A stretch of 64,000 nt of DNA from positions 29,204,001 to 29,268,000 of the forward strand of contig NC_087436.1 of NCBI RefSeq assembly GCF_036321535.1, written 5' to 3'. Shown one piece after another: positions 26,290 to 39,591 of this stretch (positions are counted from its first letter, which is position 1; every line of letters begins with the position of its first letter). The translations under genes and the position numbers were made by a program. Under the pieces are notes generated by a model, which worked only from the letters and a program-made list of their open reading frames with translations, was not told the DNA's origin and made no database searches. The DNA is from Camelus dromedarius (Eukaryota).

Positions 26290-27290
26290 CATATATATAG
26301 TAGAAGATATAAAACACACATAATTATAAAGCAAAACATACAACATCAGAATCAGATTTGAAACTCCCTGTGTTGCCAAGCTAAATCATCTATCTTTCTC
26401 TCCCCTGGAAAAGATAATCTACTCTATTGGTATTAAAAAACAAAACAAAACAGAAAACCCAAAACCCAGAAAGCTTGCTACTGATCTGTGCAACCCTTAG
26501 TGATGTATTTTAGTTTAGGCTGTTTCTGATCTTTTGTGACTTGGTATATTTCCCCCCCCCTCAAAATTCTGTCTGTTGTGAGATTCAGCATTCCTTCGTG
26601 TGTGTGCAGCTTTGGTTCATGTTTAGGGTCTGCTGTAGGATAATTCATCATACTCAACCACGGTTATTCACGTACACATCTTCTGGAGGTCTCATGTGAA
26701 GACTTTTCTCCAGCTGACGTACCTCAGTGTAGAATTGCTGGTTACATGTTTCTGCATCTGTAACTTACATAAACAATGCCAAAATCTTTTCAATGTGATT
26801 CTACTAATAATACACCTGCCATTAGAGTATGAAAGCTATCATTGCTCCTTAACTTCACCAACATTAGGTAGAGTGTTTTTTGGGTTTTTTTTTTTTTTTT
26901 TTTTTACTTTTTTTAGTCTGCTTGTTGTATGATGGGCCTGTTTTAAATTTCCTTTCTGCTTGTTAACAGTGAGGTTAGTCATCACTTTATAAATCTATTT
27001 CCCATTTGGATTACAGACTACTTATTCAAGTAGTTTACCTAGTTTTCCAGCAGGTTATATATTCTTCATTTAACTAATACTTTGTTGACCATATGTTTGA
27101 CCTATATCTTCTCTGACTTTGGATTTTAGTTCTATTTTGAAGTTTTCTGGTGGACCATAGTCTTCATTTTATAGTATTCAAAACTGTTAATCTCTTCCAT
27201 TATGAAAGTGTTTTATGTCTAGTTTAAAAATTATATCCTATTCTTGTTTTATAAAAATATCTACTTTTTTTTCAAGGCTTTGTGGGTTTT
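26290..27290 (-). mobile_element. ancient L1ME-like 3' fragment
   Basis: agtgtagaattgctgg...gccaaaatcttttcaatgtgatt...acacctgcc L1 ORF2/3'UTR motifs. Confidence 0.6.
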
Positions 27291-27292
27291 AC

Positions 27293-28290
27293 CAAAGATG
27301 AACCTACACTGACCTGTCACAATCACCTCAAGTCCATAGTTCACCTTAGGGTTCACTGTTGGTGTTGTACATTCTATGGATTTGGACAAATGTATAATGA
27401 CATATATTCATCATTATAGTATCATACTGAGTATTTCCACTGCCCTCAAAGTTTTATTGTGCACAGCTAATTGGTCCTTCATTCCGGATAACCCCTGGCA
27501 AACATTGATCTTTTCAATATTTCCATACTTACGGTTTTTACAGAATGCTATTTTATTGAGTTTGTACAGTATATAGCCTTCTCAGATTGGTTTCTTTCAC
27601 TTCAGAGTAGGCATTTCCCTTTTTATGGCTTAATGGCTCACTTCTTTTTTAACACTAAATAATGATCCATTGCTTCGATGTATCACAGTGTATTTATAAA
27701 TTCACCTACCAAAGAACATCTTGGCGGCTTCCAAGTTTTGGCAATTATGAATAAAGTTACTATAAACACATGTGCCGGTTTTTGTGTGGACATCATTTTT
27801 CGCCTCCCTGGGTAAATTCCAAGGAGGGCAGTTGCTGGATTGTATGGTAAGAGTATGTTTGGTTTTGCAAGAAACTGCCAAACTCTCATCCAAACTGGCT
27901 GTACCATTTTCCATGCCCACCAATAATAAATGAGAGTTCCTGTTGTTCCACATCATTGACAGCATTTGAGGTAGTCAATGTTACACATTTTGGCCATTCT
28001 AATAGTGTAGTGGTATCTTGTTGGGTTTTTGTTTGTTTGTTTGTTTAATTTGCCTTCCCTCTTGACTTACGATGTGGAGTACCTTTTCATGTTTATTTTC
28101 CATTTACATATCATCTTTGGTGAAATGTCTGTTGAAGTCTTTGGCCCATTTTTCAATCGAGCTTTATTTTATTGTCAAGTTTTAAGAGTTTTTTGTATAT
28201 TTTGGATAAAAGATAGTTCTTTATCAGATATGTCTTTTGCAAATATTTTCTTCCAGTTTGTGGCTTGTCTTGTCTCTTGACTGTTTCTAC
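27293..28290 (-). mobile_element. L1MC1-like 3' end
   Basis: gatgaacctacactgac...agtccatagtt...gggttcactgttggtgttgtacattctatggatttggacaaatgtataatgaca; ORF 27683-27907 resembles the L1 ORF2 C-terminus (LPYNPATALLGIYP, LFIIAKTWKPP). Confidence 0.92.
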
Positions 28291-28589
28291 CCACTTCTTT
28301 TTGATGAGGCAAAAGAGGTTAAACTGCTTGCCTTGTTTTATGCAGCATGAAATGGCAGATCATTAGCATCCAACTCATCAAATTCCTAAGTGTGCTTCTT
28401 TTTTTCTCAAAACTAGGTGCGGGTATAATGCTATCAAACTGAAAGAAATAGTAAATGGTGAAAGCTGTTCGTGAGCAGGAAATATAAAAGTAAAGGTATA
28501 AATTGAATTATGCTCACTGATACAACTGATTTTTTGTCACTAACAAAAATTTCATGAAAGGAATTTTAAGCAACAGTTTAATTAGATGG

Positions 28590-29590
28590 GTTCATTCATT
28601 GATCAAAAATATTTAAAGGGTACCTACTTTAAAGTTTTAGAATAGGTACTTGAGTTACAATGGTTAAAAAATCAAATTGATCTTTGCTTTATTGGGAACT
28701 ATAAAGAAAATGTGAATAGCAGCAAAGAGGTTATTAGAAGCAGTTTTTGAACTCTAGGTGAAAGATGATGTGACTGTGTAAGATTATAGGTAATGAAGGT
28801 GATAAACATGGACATGTTAGGGGTGTGGAATGAATAAAATGTTGTATGTGCAGACTTGAAGCACAGGTTTCTAGGATGATCCCAAGTTTTCTAATTTGAG
28901 CACATGAGGATATGGATGTACAATTTAAAGAAATGAGTATTAGTAAGGGAGCAAAACTTTGGATTGAAATGTAGGCTTAAATTTCTGAAGTTATGTAGTT
29001 AATAATGGTTGTAAGAAATCTCAGTATAGAAGCAAAGTAATTAGATCTTGAATCTATGATTTTGGACTTCAAAAAAGAATTTAAAGGTGGGTATAATATG
29101 TAATGAAGTGAACTACCAGCATAATGATGACAGAAGGGTAGATATAATCAATTTGAAGAAGATGGAGTGTAGAAGGGTAGGCAAGAGAGTACTGAAATTA
29201 GCCTTATTCGACAGGTATTCACATGGCAGTTACTACAAAGGTGGTTTAAAAAGGGGACTGAGAAGGAATAGAGAAACAGATAAATGGATAATATTGTGAA
29301 GCTAAGAAGAATAAATTTCAAGAATTAAAAATTTTACTTTTATATGATGCTCTTGGAATGATTAAGTTAACTGAGGACTAAGATTGCTTTAATGGATTAA
29401 GCAAGAAAAGACAAAATTTAGCAAGAACGGTGTTGGTGAAGCCATAGGAGCTGATTCTGGCATTTTTACTTTGCAGCCAATCTAAGAAGTTTGAAGTACT
29501 AAGGCATTATATATTTATCAGTCAGTAAATTCATTCACTCATTCACTCATTCATTCATCCATTCATTAACTTATTTCAGTAAACTTTTAA
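28590..29590 (-). mobile_element. L2 fragments with (TTCA)n tails
   Basis: ttcattcatt tails at about 28591 and 29530; purine-rich L2 body between them. Confidence 0.65.
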
Positions 29591-30015
29591 ATTGAATTGA
29601 TATGGAAAGTAATTCCTGGAAAATATGCCCTGATAAGAGAGGAGGAGTTGTAAATTGTAATTTCTGTTTTCTCATCATGAAAGCCTTTGATATAAATAAA
29701 AGCTTCATTGATCAGATAGAAAATTACAACATTAAATGTCAGTTTCACTAAAAAAAATACTATTGGACAGTCAGAATGAAATGAAATAAAATCACCTTCA
29801 CCAGGCATGCAGAGCTCTAGCGTAATACATTTACCTCAATATTGTATCCCATATATCATGATTCAAACATACCCATAAAATGATTTCTGGGTTTAAAATG
29901 TTTTGGGGTGACAGAAGAGCAATGAAAAATTTACTTAAATCTGGGAATGTATAAAATTGCATTGCTGAAATAGATTTCTTTTCAAATCTAATTGTCAATT
30001 TTCTTTCTCTTTCAG

Positions 30016-30114
30016 AAGAAAGTAATAGGGATATTGATCAGGAGTCCCCAATGTATCACTCTCCTTTCTTTGCCCTAAACATCAAAGACCCGAGCCGCTG
30101 CTCAAATAAATCAA
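30016..30114 (+). other. candidate 99-bp frame-preserving exon
   Basis: Strong acceptor ttttctttctctttcag|, donor AA|gtaaat; phase 1-1 frame open: ESNRDIDQESPMYHSPFFALNIKDPSRCSNKS. Confidence 0.4.
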
Positions 30115-30117
30115 GTA

Positions 30118-30121
<4 letters not shown>

Positions 30122-30178
<57 letters not shown>
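30122..30178. repeat. compound (CT)n(TA)n microsatellite
   Basis: direct observation. Confidence 0.97.
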
Positions 30179-31145
30179 AACCCAGCCAAACCAGCCATCT
30201 ACAAAAATACGCATTTTCTAGGAGTCTCTGAGGAAAGAAAATTACATTATTAAAGTTTACCGGGGACATTTACTTCAGGATTTTGCTTTAACATCCCTCT
30301 CCCTTTCCCCCGCTAGAATGGTATTATCATGGGTTCTAATTTCCATGAACTCAACTCTCGGAGGCTGGCTATGGTAGTTCTGCTCAAACTCTAGTTTGGT
30401 AGTTCCTAATAGTATCTTTAAAGTAATCAGTGGGCTTGATGGAAAGTTTAGATGAAATTTTCAACGGAGAATAAAAAGTTTGAATTCACAGATATACCTG
30501 TAAATTTGGTGTGATCTCAAAACCAATATCCAATAGCACATAAATTCTGTTAACAAGCAGAAGGATACATTATGATCAATAATATGCATAATTCAGTCTT
30601 ATAATTCATAATCACATTATTTTGCACTTAATATAAAGATCACTTTATCAGTTCAGTAATCCCTCTAACTGGATCAATATGGTTTTATTTCTTTATGTAT
30701 TTTCAGAGTCATGTATTTATTTTTCTATCAATTTATTTATGTAAAAGTGGTATGCACATAAAGTAAAAATTTCAAACTGGATAGGAAAGTGTAAAATTAC
30801 AAATAGAATTCTCTTGATCACAAACACCTTCCCCAAAAATAAACTCCTACTTTCTAGTTATCATAAATACATTTTTTAACAGTTGAAAAATAACCTATTG
30901 TTTTGGAATACCATAAGTTATTTAACTGCTCCCTCAGTGGTGTTTTTTGAATTTTTTCTATGTTTTATTATCACAAATAATATTGTTATAATAATACTAA
31001 AGATCATTTTCATTGAGCTTAATGTCATTTTGAAAATGTATCTATATAGGAAATAGTAGTGAGTTTGCTTGACTAAAATCTGTGTGTATGTTTGTGTGTT
31101 TTGTGTGTGCTTTTAATTTTAATATAGGTAAATTATTCTCTAGAA

Positions 31146-31333
31146 TAGTGCTGTCCAAAAGAACACTCTTGTGGATGATGAAAATGTTTGATAAATCTGT
31201 GTTGTTTGGTAAGATAAACTCTATTCCCATGTAGCTTAATATAAGGCTGGTATAACTGAAGAACTGATTTTTAAATTTTATTTACTTTTAAGTAGTCACA
31301 TGTGTCCAATGGCTGCCATATTGGTGAGCATAA
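31146..31333 (+). mobile_element. MER3 (hAT-Charlie MITE)
   Basis: tagtgctgtccaaaagaac...gatgatgaaaatgtt...agtcacatgtg...ccatattgg; 8-bp TSD ctctagaa/ctctaaaa. Confidence 0.85.
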
Positions 31334-32249
31334 CTCTAAAAAGTTGAAGAGAAGAATATTTTAGTCTACAAATTTGCAGAGGCTAAGCATTATCAAATAT
31401 TTTAACTATTGCCCTATTACAAAAAAAAAACCCCAACCTTTTTCCTTTGCTATTTGATTTGTTTTACTTTAGCTATCTTTGAAAATGAACCAAATTGCAT
31501 GGCTTCTGTGGATAGTTTTATTTATTTTATTTCATGTGGTTAACAGTCCATATAACTTTAGCTGTTCATTCTTTTTATTATTAATTTGTAAGATATTTTC
31601 ATTTTAATTAATTAGCTTTCTGTGATCTGCTTGAATAGTATCTTAAACTAAGTTTATTGTCTCACATTTGTAGCAATATTTGTTAAGCACAAATTTTTAA
31701 TTTTTGTGGAGGAAATTGATTAATCTTTTGCTTTCTGCATTGATATTTATGTTCTTTTTAGAAAGAAAAAAGGTTTCTATCACAGAGACTGTGAATGACT
31801 TCAGATTTATTTTTCTAATAATTTTAAAATATTATTTTCACATTCAAATTTGAGCCAGCCATAATTAATTTTTCTGTAAGATTTGTTTTCCAGATCCAAC
31901 AGGATCAGGATTGTTAAATCTCCTCAGGTGACTCTTACATGTAGCTGAGACTCATCCACGCACATTGTCTGCATGCACGGATGGCATCTGTGCCCCAAAG
32001 GACCCTACCCTATTTTAATTCATCTTATTTTAATCCATCTTGTAAGAAAACTGTTGGTTCCATCACCCACTTAACTCTCTACTCTTAAAAAAAAAAAACT
32101 AACCAGTTTTTCTGCCAATAATTTGAAATACCATTTAGTATATGTTAAATTCACATGCATTGTTGTCTAGTTTTAATACATGTAAAAAAATTCAACTTAT
32201 CCATTTGTTTTCCTTTTATCCTTCTAAACCTTAACTGTATGGTATGTTA

Positions 32250-33050
32250 CAGAATCTGGTAGGTTTAATAGTCCCATTTTTAAAATTATGAATAAAGTCA
32301 TTCTGTGTTTACTGTGCTGACACCAGTTCTCTTTCACCGACCACCCAGAGTTAGTGCAGACCCCACAAGTTAAGGACAAAGTCCCTTACAGGATACCAGC
32401 TTCAAATTTTGAGTGTTTCCCGGCCTCCGGCCTTCTGCCTAGCTGCTTATAAAGTAAGGGCTTCTTATATCTTCTTCAGGTTTGATAATTCACCAGATGA
32501 GTCACAGAACTCACTGAAGATGTTATTCTCATGATTACAGTTTTATTATGAAGGATGCAACTCGGAAACAGCCAAACCGAAGAGATGCATAGGGCGAGGT
32601 CTGGGGAGGGCCTAGAATGGAGCTTTCTTCCCTTCTCACCATGGAGTCAGGGCACATCACCTTCCCGCTGTATCAGTGTGTTCACCAACCTGGGAGCTCC
32701 ACAGAGTGCTGGTGTCCATAGTTTATACGGGGGTCTCATTACATAGGCATGATTTGTTTATTCAGTGGCCACGTGATTGAACTCAATCATCAGACTTTTT
32801 CCCCTCCCTAGATATTTATTTAATGGACCCAAAGTTGCAACCCTCTAATCATGTAGCTGGTCTTTCTAGTGACCTCTCCCATGCTGAAACTATCTCGGGA
32901 CCCATGATGAGTCACTTTATTAGCATAAAGGAGATACTTCTATCACTCAGGAAATTCCAAGGGATTTTGAATCCATGGGAAATGGATTCAAAGACTAGAT
33001 ATAACTTTAGAAATAGAACAAAGACTAGATATAACTTTATATTTATGGTA
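32250..33050 (-). mobile_element. MER21-like LTR
   Basis: gagttagtgcagaccccacaagttaagg...gaagagatgcatagggcgaggtctgggg...ttacataggcatgatt MER21 motifs. Confidence 0.8.
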
Positions 33051-33239
33051 TGTCTCTCTCTCGTTCTAAATATAACATAATTAAAATATTAAAAACTATG
33101 AATTTAGTGACTAATAACATGCAGACATCAGCATTTTCTCTTACTGTTTTAATGAGTTTGTAAGATTATTAGTTTTGGTTTTGAAAGTACACATAAAGTT
33201 ATTTTGCTTCTGTTGCTCAGTATTTTACCTCAGTTTGTT

Positions 33240-33605
33240 TCCTTGTCTAATTGCAGCCCCTGATATATTCTCCACCTGTACCATTTTGTCTTTTCTAGTA
33301 TGTCTCATATGTGGAATTATACAGTATTTTTGTCTTTTGCAACAAAGTTATCAAAATGCATTTGGCGTTCAATCAGAGTGTTTGTATGCCTTAATGATTT
33401 GTTCCTTTTTTCTGGCTAATATTTCATTGTACAGATATACTACCATTTTTTTAATCCATTCCCTGACTGAAGAACATTTTGACTTATTTCCACTTCTGGT
33501 GATTATGTATAACATTACTCTAAAGAATCATGTACAGTTTTTGTGTAAACATGCTTTTGTTTATCTTAGCGGAATACCTAAGAATAGGGTTACTGGACCA
33601 TATGA
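33240..33605 (-). mobile_element. L1M 3' fragment (split by MLT1; resumes at about 34101)
   Basis: ggaattatacagtat...atccattccctgactgaagaacattt...atacctaagaatagg. Confidence 0.7.
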
Positions 33606-34100
33606 TGAATTAGTTTTCTATTGCTGCTCTGACAGATTACTGTACATTTAGTAAAACAGCAAAAAAATATTATTTTACATTTCTGGAGGTTGGAAGTCCA
33701 AAATAAGGTTCACTGGGTTAGAATCAAGACGTCAGCAGGGCTGCATCCTTTCTGGGCACACTAGAAGGAAATTCTCTTTTTTTGCTGTCAGCATTCCTTG
33801 TCCTGTTGGCTAATTTCTCATTTTTCAAAACTAACATAGTAGCATCATCAAGTTTCTCTCTTACTCTGACCTATTCGTTTGCCTCTGTCTCCCACTCTGT
33901 AGGACTCTTGGGACCATGTTGGGCCATCTGTATAATCCAGGATAATCTTACTTTAAGGTCAGCTGCTTAGCACACAGTTCCATCTACCACCTGAATTCCT
34001 CCTTTTCTGTGTGACATATTGACAGGTTCCAGGCTTAGGGAATGGACTTTTTTTTTGGGGGGGGGTGCGGGAGGAAGGTATCATTATTCTGCTAATGACA
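33606..34100 (-). mobile_element. MLT1C/D solo LTR
   Basis: ttctggaggttggaagtccaaaat...gtcagcagggctgc...ataatccaggataatct; 5-bp TSD tatga/tatca. Confidence 0.9.
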
Positions 34101-34745
34101 TATCATAAGCATATATTTAACTTTGTAAGAAACAAACTGTTTTCTCAAGGGCATCCTATATTCCTTCAAGCAGTGTATAAGAGTTCCAGTTGCTCTGCAT
34201 CTGGTATTGATAAATTTCTCAGTTTCTCTTCCAACATCAGCGATATGCCTTCTCTTTTTACTGTACCTCAGACTGAGTCTTCTGCACACATTTGATGTTA
34301 TTTCAACAGGTTGTATTCTGTCTTCTTCCTATAGCTGCAATGGCTTATGAATTCCCTCTGGAAAATGATATCTATTTTCTTTCTTCTAATATGTTAAGAC
34401 TTTTACTACTTAGAGGAGGTGGGGAGAAACATCAGGGAACATTTTCCTGTCTTTGATACAGTGAATGTTGTCAAACTCTGCCCAGTCCTTTGTCATAGGG
34501 ACTCTTTTTTAGGGCTTTCACCATTGCTTCTTGTGAGTACTTATTGAATATATACATATACTATATAGTATATATATTTTTTCAATGTGTCTTCTCCTTC
34601 AAGTTTAGTGGCAGTGTGGGCTTTTTTTTTTTTTTTTTTTTTTTTGGACTGACGAAAAGCATTTGAATTTTTCCTTCAATCTGTTTTCTTGAAAAAATTG
34701 AAGAGCACAAAAATAATCTGTTTCTTTACATTTTGAAAGAATTCC

Positions 34746-35113
34746 TGTCTTAACCTGTTTGGGTCTATATAATGAAGAACCTATTGAGTGGGCGGCTTAT
34801 GAAAAAACAGAAATTTATTTCTCATAATTCTAGGGGCTGTGAAGAGCTAGGATGCTAGGAAGTCTAAGATCGAGTGTCTGAGGAAGACCCATTTCCCTGT
34901 TCCTAGAGAGCCATCTCTCTGCTGTGTCCTACAATGGCCCAAGGAGCAAGGATCTGGGGTCTCTTTTACAAGGGCACTAATTCCATTCCTGAGGGCTCTG
35001 CTTTCTTGACCTAATTATCTCTCAAAGGCATCACCACCACATACCATCACCTTAGGAGTTAGATTTTAATGTATGAATTTTTGGGGGGGGGCACAAAAAT
35101 TCAGTTTATAGCA
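34746..35113 (-). mobile_element. MLT1A solo LTR
   Basis: TG...CA termini, perfect 5-bp TSD ATTCC, aagggcactaattccatt...gagggctctg motif. Confidence 0.93.
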
Positions 35114-37679
35114 ATTCCCTTATGAAAGATCTTTGAAATATTCTTTTAGTTGAAGGTGTTAGGTTACTGCAATCTTTTTAATTGCTTTTCCTTCCACTTT
35201 ATAATATCTATCTCTTTGAGTTTTTTTTTTTTTAATCAAAATGTCCTAGAAAATATTTTCTTTTGTCCAGGTATTCAAAAATAATTGCCTGGATTTTTAG
35301 GAATGCACTCATTTACAGTTCTCCTATTTTTCTTTTTTCTGTGATGATTTCTTCCCACTTTGTAATATTAACTCTTTGTATGTTTCTAATTTTATATTTA
35401 TTATATTCTTTTCCTCCTTCCTTAAGTGCATTTTATTGCTATATGAATAATGTTTTCTTTACATTGTATTTATTTGATACTGAATTGCCTTCATAACTTG
35501 CTTTGAAATTTTAGACAGTATTTATTTGTGATGCAAGAATAATTATATTTTTTTCTGATTTCTATAATTTTATTAATATTTTTAATGCTTTAGTTCAAGA
35601 TTATCTATGTAACATGTTTTTCATCATTGTATGAAATGTTAGAATGTTTTCCCACTCACATGGCAAAAATAGATTAAAAATTTACATTAGTGGAATACAA
35701 GAACTGAAGTATGTTTTTGAAATTTTGGTTTTAGTTGTCTTAGTTTAACTTCTTGCTAATTAGAAGATATTATTTATAGAACAGATGCTTTTAAGTCTTC
35801 TATCAAGGTTATTTGAAATATTATTAGATGCTTTGCTAGTTAACTTTACTGTTTGAGGTTAAAACATATTACAGGTTTAAAAGCATGCTTCGTTTATATA
35901 GTTTTCTTTAATCCCAGTTGCCTTACTTATTTTCCTTGGCTGTTAACTACCCCTACATCATTTATAATAATTCTATTTCCACTATACAGATGAGAAAATC
36001 TATGCTCACGTATTTAAAAAGAGCAAATAGATTTAAGTTGATATGCTTAAACTATAGTGTCATTATCCAACATAATCTGATTAAAACCTAAGTTTCATGC
36101 CTTAGCTATGTCTCTGGTTGAACATGTTATTCTTTTATGACTTTCAAGTGAAGGTGTTCTATTTTTTTAAATATCCAGCCTTAAATTAAGAGGACTTCCA
36201 CTAATGAGGACTTATTTATAAACTCCTTTTTTATTTTTCTCTTATCTCTTCTGTAATGAGGTGATATATAAAGTCAGTGCAAGGAAAATGATAATATACC
36301 TATAGTTGTTGGATCTGTCAGTGTTGTATTTTGATGTACATGTATATTTTTATTAATATCCATATCCAAACTTTATAGTGCCTATGGAAAAGAAGATAAT
36401 GTATCTTGATGAAACTATTAACAAGGAAAATACGAAGCACTCATAAATTGTTTACCAAAGAGTTAACTTTGAGCCTTTGTAGTAAGTACAGATTTGTTGG
36501 CATAAATACCATGCAAATAAATTCTTAAAAGTCTGTGTAGTAAAGGAAGACATCATGAAGTTCTATTTAAAATGATGTTCTTTGAATGTTAGCTTATGTT
36601 AAAAATTCCAATTCTATGTAAGAGTAGCATCTTGTAATTTAAACTCTTTTCTGAGTATGTCAGCAGAAGTAGGGTTCATTAAGTTGATATAAATCTATTC
36701 TGAACCTTAACCAGACTGGGAAGTGTAAGTTTAGCAGAGTATTTATACGGTAAGCATACCAAAACTGCTTACTTAATCTGAAGTGCAACTTGTGCTATTT
36801 CAAATTATGTGTTTTGGGTCCCACTTTTTTGGAGAAAGAAACCTATAACTCAGTCTTGTCTCTAATAATTTCAGCAGAATCTCAACTTTATACACATTAC
36901 AGACAAATAGCTTGCATTTTGAATTTATAGCTTTGTGGTAATAAAGGCCAGATGGTGTATGTTTAACAACAATAACAAGAAAAAGATGAGGAAGAGCTCA
37001 TACAAAAAAATGAAAGAATAAGAGTGGCAATCTCATTTTAATACAGGCAGATACTATTTTTTTGTTATTAAAAACTTGATATAATAATTTTATTTGTGGA
37101 GCCATAAAATATTATAATTATGATTTTATTACTTTATTAAAAATAGAAATGGGATTTTAAAATCCTTAGCCACATTCATTAATTTGTATTTTCTAAGCAT
37201 ATATTTTACAACTATTTCTTTCTGTGTTTTTCTTTAATCATCTGTTCAGTAGCTTCGACTTGTTCTCCATCTCTCAAATGAATAAACTCATAATCTCTTA
37301 TTTGCCTTAACAACAATTTCCATTTAACAGACATATCACTTAGCTCAAAGCTGACTGACAAACTTGGAATCATTCCCAGTATCACACTCCTTGAATTGCC
37401 CTGCCCCTTGGCTTAAAATTCCTTTGCCTTTATTTATGTTTTTTTCTAAGATTATGAATCTTGCAAGATTCTTTTGCATAAACAACCTGACCAGCAGATG
37501 ATGCAATATGGTTGTTCTTTCCTCTGAAACTGATGGTGCTCTGTATGTCCTGCACAATTGCTTTGATACATTTTTATAGGTAATCTGCTGTATTATTGGA
37601 TTTTTGATTCATGATATTAACTCTTTATTTTCTGTCAGTTCTTGTTTGTCAAATATGGATTTTTATTATTTTTATTATC

Positions 37680-37860
37680 CATATTATCAAAATTCTTAGG
37701 AATGCTTTATAGAAAAATATGATAATTCTCTTTATTCAGTAAGCAAATTCAGTCTTTCAGATTTTAAGTAACTTGCCCAAAGTCACTCATGAACTGAGAA
37801 GACCTAGGATTTTTCACCTAAATCTAGTCTGATGACGAGTTCATGCTTTTAATCACTGAG
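37680..37860 (-). mobile_element. MIR
   Basis: ttaagtaacttgcccaaagtcac...ctaggattt...gtctga...tcatgcttttaatcact. Confidence 0.7.
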
Positions 37861-37951
37861 TTTTAGTTGACATGCGATTTCAAGTCCTTAGCAAAGCTGA
37901 AATCATGGGAAGGCTGTATGCAACCAAAATGTTTGAATCAGTTTGTGAGTA

Positions 37952-39075
37952 TGTTACTGAAAAATCGGCCTCTGCACCCTGAAAAGCAAATTCAAACTCA
38001 GAGGCAGAGTTTTGGGAGCAAAGAAAAGGATAGCTTTGTTGCTTTGTCCAGCAAAGGAATTCACAGCAGGCTAATGCCTTAGAGACTGTGAGCCCATCTT
38101 GGGGTTGGTGTCTTGAGGTTTTATAGAAAAACCGGATGGAACAGAAAATAGGAACAGATAATCAGGGCATTTCACGGGGTGCTGCTACATTCCTCTTGAC
38201 CTCAATGAGTCTTCAAGAGGAACTCTAGAGGGTCTGTCCATCCTTCTGAGATTATCAGCCTGGTATTGATGCAGGAAAATGGATGTGGGGCGTGAGGAGG
38301 GCTGTGTCCCAGGCTTCGGTTGAGCCCCTGGGACGTGCCCTGCCAAGTGTGGGTCCTTGGCTTCGTGCAGGAAAGAATTCGAGAGTGAGCCACAGTTGAG
38401 TGAAAGTAAATTTATTCAGAGAGGTACACTGAAAGGCAAAAGAAAGGCCATGAGGTGTGGGGGTTGGGTGCTCAGATTAAAAGTAGGTACACACTCCATA
38501 CATAGAGTGCAGGTCATCTCTGAAGTGAGAGAGAGGGCGGCAGCTGCCAGGCTTCGTGTTGCCAGTTTTTATTGGCTCGGTGGCTTCAGATGGAAATAAG
38601 TGGAAGGACCGGTCTAACTAGTTTGGGGAAGGGGCTGAGATTCCCAGGAAGTTGGCCATTTCCCACCATTTGACCTTTTGTGGCTAGCCTTGGAACTGCC
38701 ATGGCGCCTGTGGGCATGTTATTCACCATGCTAATATATTACAATGGGCGTATAATGAAGCTCAAGTTCTGCTGGAAGTCAAATCTCCCACCATCTGGAG
38801 CCTCAAGGCCTACTGGGGGTTGAATCTTTCACCATTTTGTTGTTAACTGCTGTAGCATTCCTTGAATGGCTTGCCCTGCCCACTTCCTGTCTCAGTATCT
38901 CCTTTCTGGAGTACAGCCTCTACATTAAAGTTACTCTCAGTAAAGAGTGAATCAGCAAACAGTTTCCCATCTGGGAAGTCAGTTTGTTAATTTGCTTTAT
39001 ACTCCTTCAAGCTTAGATTATCTGAGGTCCACAGAGATCCCCACCCTCTCACTCCATTTAGAGCCCTGCTTCTAA
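37952..39075 (-). mobile_element. ERV1-class LTR (outer), interrupted by a second LTR
   Basis: tgttactgaaa start; gaaaaggatagctttgttgctttg motif; resumes after 38898; flanks agta/ggta. Confidence 0.7.
38267..38894 (-). mobile_element. MER41-like ERV1 solo LTR (inner, younger)
   Basis: TG...CA termini, perfect 4-bp TSD GTAT (38263-66 and 38895-98); gcaggaaagaattcgagagtgagcc...aaagtaaatttatt and catggcgcctgtggg motifs; CpGs retained. Confidence 0.85.
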
Positions 39076-39591
39076 GGTAAAATTTCCAACAGTTGATCTT
39101 TTTTCAAATTTCCCTCCTGTATCTATCAAGCCAAATGCAGTTAGTGTACTTAACTGTTATTTTAACTGTTATTTCTTTTATCTCCACCATCATCTATTAC
39201 TCTGGCTGCATGTGTGGATGAACTTCAGTGGGATACTCTATCTACAGATGATGGCAGTTGAATTCCATAGTTGGAAGTACCTGGTGTATGAAAATAATTT
39301 TTTTCTCATTTTGTTTTATTATTCAGAACAAGCAGTGAAATAATGAGCTCTGAGAAAATAGTGTGTGTAATTATATTTTAATTTTTACATTTATTCCACC
39401 AAATAGATCTAATCAAAATTTGGCTTTCCTAATGGACTGAAAAACTTTTACATTTCTCTCTCTCTCTCTTTTTTTTTAAGTGTTGTAAAAGGTAGATTAG
39501 GTAAATTTGGAAATGAAGTTGAAAGCAGGATTTATATCCCCATATAGAGCTTATTGTCTTCTGGGGAAAACAGGCAAATAAACTAGCTATT

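Noticed and set aside
27683..28280. Cluster of ORFs
   Set aside because: All lie within the L1MC1-like element.
33175..33651. Longest ORF (158 aa), hydrophobic
   Set aside because: It is the antisense read of a T-rich L1 3' fragment running into an MLT1 LTR.
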